This document shows positions 7,591 through 14,266 of a stretch of DNA of 64,000 nt, one piece after another. The stretch is from Patescibacteria group bacterium (GTDB lineage: Bacteria > Patescibacteriota > Patescibacteriia > Patescibacteriales > UBA12465), in the NCBI GenBank assembly GCA_050949505.1, contig JBMNFV010000001.1, positions 286,284-350,283 on the forward strand. Reading direction: 5' to 3'. The notes under the pieces were generated by a model. The model was not told where the DNA came from. It was given only the letters and a program-made list of their open reading frames with translations, and did not search any database. Every line of letters starts with the position of its first letter. Position 1 is the first letter of the stretch. Position numbers and translations under genes: made by a program.

Positions 7591-9263
7591 AATAGCAATT
7601 TATTGGAGAGATGCCAGAGTGGTTGAATGGAACAGTCTTGAAAACTGTCGTTGGTGCAAGCCAACCGTGGGTTCGAATCCCACTCTCTCCGCCAATTTAC
7701 AATTTCAGAGTTTTCGGAAGTTTTACGCACCTGCGGTGCGGTCGCCTCGCCCGCAGGCGAGGCTGAAAGGGCTGATTTTGCAACGATTTGCCACGCTCCG
7801 CGTGGCGAAAAAGAAATGTTTTGGTTTTGGATTTGGAAGTTCGAACCAATCTTTTTTAGAAAATCCCGAATCCCTTCGGGATTTTCTTTTAAAGCGATAA
7901 TTTTGGCTTGTTTACTGTCATTTATAAACTTGTCGGCGAGTTCGAACCGATTATTGCTTTTTTGTTCAAAAGACTTCAATTTGTCTTTCAAAACTTGTTT
8001 TTGATTGATGAGAACATTTTTCGCTTTTTGGTATTCTTTGATATTCAAGACACTTTCCAAATAAGCGGTCATTAGTTTTTCCAACTTCTCATCAAGTTTT
8101 GAAAGTTCCTTTTCCGTCTTTTGCACAAAAAAGTCTGATGATGTGTCTGATTGGATTTTTTCTTTTTTCAATTCCTTGATCATCCAATCAGCGCAATCAT
8201 CAGGCAAAGAAACTTTTTGAAGTTCCTCACTAATTTGAGATGAAATTTTTTCTTCTCTCGTAAATACCTTTTGCGTGCATTTGTGATGTGGATTTTTCTT
8301 GGTGCAATAGTAGTAAATATATTCTTTCCCACTTTTCTTGATTTTCTTATCTGCCGTTATTGTAAATCCACATTCACCGCACTTGAAAAATCCACGATAA
8401 AGAAAAAATTTCATCTTTTCCACTTTCTGCGGTTTAGATTTTCTTTTCATCACTTCCTGAACTTCGTCAAAAAGCTTCTTTGAAATAATCGGTTTATGCT
8501 TTCCTTCGTAAAATTCACCGCCATAGCGAATAAGTCCATGATAGAAAGGATTTTGCAAAAGGTATTGATAATTTGAAACGGAAAGCATTTTACCTTTCTT
8601 GCCGACAAGTCCCAAGCCGTTGATAATCTTTCGGAGATTTTTCAAAGTATAATTTCCAGTGGCGTATGCCTCAAATGCCTTTTTGATAAATGGCGATTTT
8701 TCTTTATCAACATAAATTAGTTTTGTTTCTTTATTATTCAAATATCCCAAAGGAGCCATTTGAGGCCATAAGCCATTTTTCAATTTTTGCCGATGTCCTC
8801 TCTTGATATTCTCCGAAAGATTATCAACATAATATTTTGACTGTCCGAAAGCTATGGAGAGCATAAATTTGCCTTGCGGAGTGGGATCAAACCAGAAAGT
8901 TGGGAATTTTAGCTCTTGAATAACCCCAGTATCTACGAGATAGATAATTTGTCCGCCGTCAACGCTGTTTCTTGCCAGTCTATCGGGGTGCCAAGCTAAA
9001 ATTCCCACAGCTTCGCCCGCTTCAAGTTTTTTCAACATTTCGGCAAAGAGAGGGCGACCAGGTTTCTTGGCGGTTTGTTTTTCCACAATAGTATCAACAA
9101 TTTCCAAATTTTCCTTTTTCGCTAATTCTTTCAATTCAGAAATCTGGTCGCCAATACTCCGCACCTGTCGATCTTCCGAATCAGTAGATTTGCGGGCGTA
9201 GATGAAAAAATTTCTGTTTTGGTTTGCCGTAGCAGAGCGGAGGCAAGCGGAAACGCACCTCAT
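7584..9263 (-). CDS. large serine recombinase (resolvase/invertase catalytic domain, recombinase domain, zinc ribbon, coiled coil)
   Basis: The catalytic region reads IYARKSTDSEDRQVRSIGDQ and is followed by AWHPDRLARN. The zinc ribbon reads CGECGFTITADKK...YYYCTKKNPHHKC, followed by a long coiled-coil tail. The last 37 codons are antisense to tRNA-Ser and probably reflect read-through across the att junction (see findings). Confidence 0.85.
   Translation of the reverse strand: MRCVSACLRSATANQNRNFFIYARKSTDSEDRQVRSIGDQISELKELAKKENLEIVDTIVEKQTAKKPGRPLFAEMLKKLEAGEAVGILAWHPDRLARNSVDGGQIIYLVDTGVIQELKFPTFWFDPTPQGKFMLSIAFGQSKYYVDNLSENIKRGHRQKLKNGLWPQMAPLGYLNNKETKLIYVDKEKSPFIKKAFEAYATGNYTLKNLRKIINGLGLVGKKGKMLSVSNYQYLLQNPFYHGLIRYGGEFYEGKHKPIISKKLFDEVQEVMKRKSKPQKVEKMKFFLYRGFFKCGECGFTITADKKIKKSGKEYIYYYCTKKNPHHKCTQKVFTREEKISSQISEELQKVSLPDDCADWMIKELKKEKIQSDTSSDFFVQKTEKELSKLDEKLEKLMTAYLESVLNIKEYQKAKNVLINQKQVLKDKLKSFEQKSNNRFELADKFINDSKQAKIIALKENPEGIRDFLKKIGSNFQIQNQNISFSPRGAWQIVAKSALSASPAGEATAPQVRKTSENSEIVNWRREWDSNPRLACTNDSFQDCSIQPLWHLSNKLLLL
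7605..7694 (+). tRNA. tRNA-Ser (anticodon UGA), long variable arm, CCA encoded; predicted integration target of the adjacent element
   Basis: Acceptor GGAGAGA/TCTCTCC, anticodon arm ACAGT-CTTGAAA-ACTGT, variable arm TGGTGCAAGCCAACC, T arm GTGGGTTCGAATCCCAC, 3' GCCA. Confidence 0.9.
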
Positions 9264-9447
9264 TATTCTGGATTTTGTTCAAAAAAAGTTAGAATTTCAA
9301 CCAAAAGGTACCGCCAAATGTAACTTCCGCTTCCGAAAGGAAATCGGGCATTGGGGTAATGGCGATTATGAAGTGAAGCTCGAAAAGGAAGAAGAAATTG
9401 AGCAAGTTTTTGAGCTTATTAAGCAAAGTTATACCTACAACAAATAA
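9202..9447 (+). pseudogene. DUF5655-like C-terminal remnant
   Basis: The tail FVQKKLEFQPKG...IGHWGNGDYEVKLEKEEEIEQVFELIKQSY matches, from memory, the GHWGNGDYE...LIKQSY end of DUF5655 domains. Only about 60 aa of the domain is present. The only upstream ATG lies antisense within the recombinase start. Confidence 0.45.
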
Positions 9448-9449
9448 CT

Positions 9450-10715
9450 ATGGCGAGCAAATCATTAAATAAAAATCTTCATAAGGCGAGCAAAGCAAAG
9501 AATGATGAATTCTATACACAGCTTGGCGATATTGCCAACGAACTCAAACATTACCGTGAACAACTACGCGGCAAGGTTATTTTTTGTAATTGCGATGATC
9601 CGTTTGAGAGTAACTTTTTCAAATATTTTGCTGCTAATTTCAATACGCTCGGCCTTAAAAAGCTTATTTCCACCAGTTTTAGTGGCTCGCCAATCGTGGG
9701 ACAACAAATGCTCCCCGGCTTGATGGAGGGTTTGAAAAAAGCAGAAAAGAAAGAGCCGTATGTGGTGGAAATCAACGAAGTACCGGATATGAACAAAGAC
9801 GGGGCGATAAGTATGGACGACGTTGAGCATTTGCTAAAGCACGATAAAAATGTTTCTACACCACTTAAAGACGGCGATTTTCGTAGTGAGGAATGCGTAG
9901 AACTTCTTAAACAAGCCGATATTGTCATTACCAATCCACCATTCAGTCTTTTTCGTGAATTTGTGGCGCAACTTGTGGAGCATAACAAAAAATTTCTTAT
10001 TATCGGAAGCAAAAATGCCATCACCTATAAAGATATTTTCAAATTGATTAAAGAAAATAAGCTGTGGCTCGGATATGGTTTTGCTGGAGGAAATGCTTAT
10101 TTCAAAATCCCACCAGAGAAGGCGCGCGAATTTGCATCCGGCGTATACGACCCGAATACTGGTCTTGTAAAGTTTCGCAATGTCGGTTGGTACACAAATC
10201 TTTATGTAGATAGGTCTGAAAACCCGCTTACGCCATACCTCACTTATGAGCAAGGCCGCAAGAAAGGACTTTATCCAAAATACGATAATTACGACGCTAT
10301 TGAAGTATCGAAATTAGCTGAAATCCCCACTGATTATGATGGCGTTATGGGGGTTCCGATAACCTTTTTGGATTATTGGACTCCTGATAGCAGCATAGAA
10401 ATAGTCAAATTCAGAAAAGGTGATGACGACAAAGACCTAGCGTTTACGAGAGAGAGAGAGAGTACAACCGTACTTCAGAATACTCATTCGCTATCCTCGG
10501 ACAAACAGGAGTCATTGAACCAGATGGAATCTGTATCGAATACAAAGCGGGCCGACCGTACATCAATGGACAAAGGAAGTATGCGAGATTATTCATCAAA
10601 CAAGTTTGAAATCCTGGGTATCGCAAACTCGGCACGATGGATAGGTTACGAACTGTATACGATTATAGACGGGCGAAAAATTTACAACAGGATTATAATT
10701 AAACGAAGGCAATAA
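9450..10715 (+). CDS. N6-adenine DNA methyltransferase, EcoRI-methylase-like family (PF13651-type)
   Basis: N-terminal KNDEFYT motif, catalytic ITNPPFS (NPPF) and GVMGVPITFLD. The C-terminal region contains an (AG)7 tract and out-of-frame alternative tails (see findings). Confidence 0.85.
   Translation: MASKSLNKNLHKASKAKNDEFYTQLGDIANELKHYREQLRGKVIFCNCDDPFESNFFKYFAANFNTLGLKKLISTSFSGSPIVGQQMLPGLMEGLKKAEKKEPYVVEINEVPDMNKDGAISMDDVEHLLKHDKNVSTPLKDGDFRSEECVELLKQADIVITNPPFSLFREFVAQLVEHNKKFLIIGSKNAITYKDIFKLIKENKLWLGYGFAGGNAYFKIPPEKAREFASGVYDPNTGLVKFRNVGWYTNLYVDRSENPLTPYLTYEQGRKKGLYPKYDNYDAIEVSKLAEIPTDYDGVMGVPITFLDYWTPDSSIEIVKFRKGDDDKDLAFTRERESTTVLQNTHSLSSDKQESLNQMESVSNTKRADRTSMDKGSMRDYSSNKFEILGIANSARWIGYELYTIIDGRKIYNRIIIKRRQ
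10448..10462 (+). repeat. dinucleotide simple-sequence repeat, (GA)7G / (AG)7, inside the methyltransferase coding region
   Basis: GAGAGAGAGAGAGAG read directly at 10448-10462, encoding RERE in the current frame. Confidence 0.95.
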
Positions 10716-10717
10716 AT

Positions 10718-11815
10718 ATGAAAATAGAGCTAAAAAACATAAAAATACGGGATGTGGTGAACGGCTACAAAGACAGTGGCGAGAGTGGCGTGGTCGGTTA
10801 TGGTGGCAAACTCAATATTCGTCCGGCGTTCCAGCGCGAGTTTATTTATGGGCAGAAAGAGCGCGACGCTGTTATACGAACAGTACGATCAGGCTTTCCG
10901 CTCAATACCATGTATTGGTCGGATGATGGAGATGGAAATTTTGAACTTATGGACGGACAACAACGCACAATTTCAATTTGCCAATACGTTACTGAGATTA
11001 TCCCCATTAAGTTTGATGATGGCTATGAACTCGCTTTCAATAATTTGACCGCTGACCAACAGCAGAAAATTTTAGACTACGAACTATCAATTTACATTTG
11101 CGAGGGTACGGAAAGCGAAAAACTCGCGTGGTTTCGGACGATCAATATTGCGGGCAAGCCTTTAACCGATCAGGAACTTCTGAACGCCATGCACACGGGT
11201 CCGTGGCTTGCCGACGCGAAGCGTTGGTTTAGCAAAACCGGCGGGCCAGCATATCAAATTGGCGAGAATTACATAAACGGCTCGCCGATTCGGCAGGACT
11301 ATTTGGAAAAAGCGCTTGACTGGATTTCAGGAGGCAAAATTGAGAATTACATGAGCCTCCATCAGCAAGACGCTGACGCGCAGGAACTATGGCAATACTT
11401 CCAAGCGGTTATAGCGTGGGTGGAGAGAGTATTTCCTGAATATCGCAAGATTATGAAAGGTTTGGAGTGGGGGCGATTTTATAACGAGCACAAAGACGAC
11501 AAACTGAACGCGGCGAGCCTAGAAAGGCGGATTGCAGAATTGATTGCCGATGACGAGGTGGACAGCAAGAAAGGCATTTACGAATATCTGCTAACGGGCA
11601 ACGAAAAGACGCTCAATCTGAGAGTATTTGATGAAAAGACAAAAGTTGCGCAGTACGAAAAACAGAAAGGAATTTGCCCGATATGCAAAAAACATTTCGC
11701 AATTGACGAAATGGAAGCCGATCATATTGTGCCGTGGCACTCTGGCGGGAAAACAATTGAAAAAAATTGCCAAATGTTGTGCAAGCCAGATAACAGGACT
11801 AAATCTGGGAAATAA
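10718..11815 (+). CDS. DUF262 (ParB/Srx-fold, GmrSD N-terminal-like) domain protein with a C-terminal HNH nuclease domain
   Basis: NIRPAFQREFIY and the MDGQQRT (DGQQR) signature of DUF262. The C-terminal region CPICKKHF...ADHIVPWHSGGKT...NCQMLCKPDNRTK is an HNH motif. Confidence 0.85.
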   Translation: MKIELKNIKIRDVVNGYKDSGESGVVGYGGKLNIRPAFQREFIYGQKERDAVIRTVRSGFPLNTMYWSDDGDGNFELMDGQQRTISICQYVTEIIPIKFDDGYELAFNNLTADQQQKILDYELSIYICEGTESEKLAWFRTINIAGKPLTDQELLNAMHTGPWLADAKRWFSKTGGPAYQIGENYINGSPIRQDYLEKALDWISGGKIENYMSLHQQDADAQELWQYFQAVIAWVERVFPEYRKIMKGLEWGRFYNEHKDDKLNAASLERRIAELIADDEVDSKKGIYEYLLTGNEKTLNLRVFDEKTKVAQYEKQKGICPICKKHFAIDEMEADHIVPWHSGGKTIEKNCQMLCKPDNRTKSGK

Positions 11816-11818
11816 ATT

Positions 11819-13102
11819 ATGAAAAAACCTATTCACTATACAAAACTCATAGTAAATCCGGAGAACTATCGCTTTGATCCAGTAGAGAATCAAGAAGAAG
11901 CGATTGATTTAATGCTTGAAGAAAAAGGGTCAGAAATTGTCAATCTTGCAAAGCATATTTTAGAACACGGGCTAGACGAGGCTAAAGATTTCAGAGTTTT
12001 AGAGGTGAAATCAGGAAAGTACCTTGTGCTGGACGGCAATAGACGAACAACGGCAATTAAATGTTTACATGATCAATCTTTTATAAAAGATGAGAAAATA
12101 AAAAAAGCATTTCAAAATCTAGCCAAAACAAAAAAAGTAGCACCAAAAAATATTCAATCCTTTGTCTACGCTGATGAAAAATCGGCAGCTAAATGGATTA
12201 AGTTAGATCATACTGGTAAAAATGAAGGCGTTGGTCAAGATTCATGGGGGTCTGCAGAAAAAGACAGATTCGCATATAAGTTTGAGGGTAAAATTTCTCC
12301 GGCAATGCAAGCTGTTTCAGTCATAGAGAAAGAATTAAACAAAAAAATCGATACGAAGAAATTAAAGGTATCTACAATCAATCGCATACTATCAAATCCA
12401 GAATCTCGGTCATACTTAGGAGTGAATGTTAGTGGTAGTAAATTGATTTTCACAGCAGCTAAAAAAGAGGCTTGCGCACGCTTGGATAAGTTGTTCGATA
12501 AAGTTATTCAAGACAATGTAACTGTCGCAAGTGTTTATCACACACCTCAAACAATTGAATTTATGAAAGAGCTTTTTGGAGATAAGCCAAAAGACTCAAC
12601 TAAACCAACTCTTCCATTTCACGAAAACGAAGACGTTAAAACTAAAGAAGAAAAGCAAAGAAAAACACAAAGAGAGAAAGCTAAGCAGCAAAAATTCTTC
12701 GGGAAAGATTTGTTCTTAAAAAAAGGAGACACGAATAATATTTACATGGATATATTAGATTTGCATGGTTTTTATGTAAGTAATACTGCTAAGCTTTCCA
12801 AAAATTTTCCCGCAATGATTAGAATGTCTTTGCGATTGCTTGTTGAATCTGCAACGCCTGAAAAGAAAAAAATTGCTGATTATGTGAATAGTAATTTTGT
12901 TGAAGCGAAAGAGGCTTTGACCACGGATCAAAAGACAACATTAGCAAACAACAGTATAAATAATGCAGGAAATTTAATTCAGTTATTACAATCTGGGGCG
13001 CACAACTACGCGAATTCTGCTAATTTTGAACAAACAGTCGCTATGTCAATTATCATAGGAGCGATGTTAGACATAACACACGCAAAACACAATGAAAAGT
13101 AA
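11819..13102 (+). CDS. ParB/sulfiredoxin-like N-terminal domain protein with an uncharacterised helical C-terminal domain
   Basis: NPENYRFDP...LVLDGNRRTTAIKCL resembles the ParB N-terminal DGxRR motif. It is followed by a lysine-rich linker and a C-terminal domain of about 130 aa of unknown family. Confidence 0.7.
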   Translation: MKKPIHYTKLIVNPENYRFDPVENQEEAIDLMLEEKGSEIVNLAKHILEHGLDEAKDFRVLEVKSGKYLVLDGNRRTTAIKCLHDQSFIKDEKIKKAFQNLAKTKKVAPKNIQSFVYADEKSAAKWIKLDHTGKNEGVGQDSWGSAEKDRFAYKFEGKISPAMQAVSVIEKELNKKIDTKKLKVSTINRILSNPESRSYLGVNVSGSKLIFTAAKKEACARLDKLFDKVIQDNVTVASVYHTPQTIEFMKELFGDKPKDSTKPTLPFHENEDVKTKEEKQRKTQREKAKQQKFFGKDLFLKKGDTNNIYMDILDLHGFYVSNTAKLSKNFPAMIRMSLRLLVESATPEKKKIADYVNSNFVEAKEALTTDQKTTLANNSINNAGNLIQLLQSGAHNYANSANFEQTVAMSIIIGAMLDITHAKHNEK

Positions 13103-13958
13103 AGCTGACAAAAAAATATCTGGTTTTTCGAGTCCGCTTCGTTATCCAGGCGGGAAAACACGTCTTGCCAACAAACTACTTGAGGCAATAGAGAAAAACT
13201 GCAACCAAAAAGAAAAGGTGATTTTGGTTGAGCCGTATGCCGGTGGAGCGGGCGCTTCCCTTGCTTTGCTTTTTGCAAAAAAAGTTGAAAAAATTGTTAT
13301 CAACGATCTTGATAAGGCAATTTTCACATTCTGGAAAATAGCGGTTTCCGATACTGACTATTTAATCAATAAAATACGGCGAACCGATATAACTATAGAG
13401 GAATGGAGAAAGCAAAAAGCAATTTATGCTTCGACAAAAAGCAAGCGCAAACTTGCATTTGCCACTTTATTTTTAAATAGAACAAATCGCTCCGGAATAA
13501 TGAATGGCGGGCCGATTGGCGGAACTGATCAATCCGGAACATGGAAAGTAAGTGCACGCTTTACCAAACAAACTATTATTGATCGGCTTGAAAAAATTAA
13601 AGAATTTCATAATAAAATTGAAGTGTACAATCTGGACGGCATAGAATTGTTAAAAAAGCTGGAAGAACGAAAAAACCGAAGCCAATATTTTATATTTCTT
13701 GACCCACCGTATTTTCAAAAAGGGCAATCTCTATACTTGAACCATTACAGCAACAAAGATCACGAAAATCTATCAGAATTTTTGGAAAAATCATCATTCA
13801 AGAAGTGGATTATGACTTACGATGACGTTCCATATATTAAAAACTTATACGCAACAATGCGGACAAAAGGATTTGCTATTCAACACAATGCGTATGAGTC
13901 AAAAGTGGGCAGAGAGGTAATGATCTTTCCAAAAGAGTTTATTCCAGTGAATCTTTAA
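13092..13958 (+). CDS. Dam-family (D12 class) N6-adenine DNA methyltransferase
   Basis: LRYPGGKTRL, EPYAGGAG (SAM-binding) and the catalytic DPPY motif. The start overlaps the upstream gene by 11 nt (ATGAAAAGTAA). Confidence 0.9.
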   Translation: MKSKADKKISGFSSPLRYPGGKTRLANKLLEAIEKNCNQKEKVILVEPYAGGAGASLALLFAKKVEKIVINDLDKAIFTFWKIAVSDTDYLINKIRRTDITIEEWRKQKAIYASTKSKRKLAFATLFLNRTNRSGIMNGGPIGGTDQSGTWKVSARFTKQTIIDRLEKIKEFHNKIEVYNLDGIELLKKLEERKNRSQYFIFLDPPYFQKGQSLYLNHYSNKDHENLSEFLEKSSFKKWIMTYDDVPYIKNLYATMRTKGFAIQHNAYESKVGREVMIFPKEFIPVNL

Positions 13959-14129
13959 GGGAGTTCCGCTTGCGCGCGCAGAGAGTATCACCACGCGCTC
14001 CGCGCGTACGATTTGGCTCAGAGCCACCACGCACGCGGAGCGTGCGCAGATCAATCGCTTCGCGATTGGAAAAAGGTTCGCGCAAAGGTTAATATTTCAC
14101 CGCCACATTGTGTTAGCACGAAATGGTTT

Positions 14130-14159
14130 AAAACAGAGCTTATTTAAGGCTCTGTTTTT
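14130..14159 (+). terminator. rho-independent terminator; likely the original tRNA-Ser terminator, displaced by the insertion
   Basis: AAAACAGAGC-ttatttaag-GCTCTGTTTT followed by T. Confidence 0.6.
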
Positions 14160-14266
14160 AGTATAATCTTTTTGAAATTATGTGTTAATAATCTTGACTA
14201 TCAATATCAATATACTTGACTTCGCTCTCTCTCAGTGCTAGGCTAATAGTAGTTAAGTGTAAAAAT

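Larger units (their letters stand above)
7695..14105. mobile_element. predicted integrative element of about 6.4 kb (large serine recombinase plus methyltransferase/nuclease cargo) inserted at the 3' end of tRNA-Ser(UGA)
   Basis: The recombinase gene abuts the tRNA. An imperfect 9-nt direct repeat, TCTCCGCCA (7686-7694) and TCACCGCCA (14097-14105), marks the two ends. Joining 7694 to 14106 would place a clean terminator 25 nt after the tRNA. The cargo differs by eye in composition and codon style from the flanks. Confidence 0.6.

Noticed and set aside
7830-7950. GTTCGAACC-like strings at about 7838 and 7940 that resemble tRNA T-arms.
   Set aside because: No acceptor, D or anticodon arms can be folded around them. 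They lie inside the recombinase coding sequence (IGSNFQ and NRFELAD codons).
7562-8004. Plus-strand ORFs 7562-7900 (112 aa) and 7651-8004 (117 aa).
   Set aside because: They read through the tRNA-Ser gene and the antisense of the serine recombinase C-terminus. They are low-complexity products of the GC-rich hairpin region, with no start context or family resemblance.
9502-10253. Several nested or antisense ORFs inside the methyltransferase gene: 9502-9723 (+), 9551-10024 (-), 9564-9830 (-) and 9834-10253 (-).
   Set aside because: They overlap a well-supported methyltransferase frame and have no recognisable motifs. The same reasoning was applied to antisense ORFs inside metG, pilM, pilB, pilC, secA, thrS-adjacent genes, the ABC transporters and others.
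14070-14105. A longer partial duplication of the tRNA 3' half at the right end of the element (GGTTCG...CCGCCA).
   Set aside because: Only GGTTCG and the terminal TC(A/T)CCGCCA match, and the spacing differs (31 versus 25 nt). The evidence supports only a short core, as expected for a serine recombinase.
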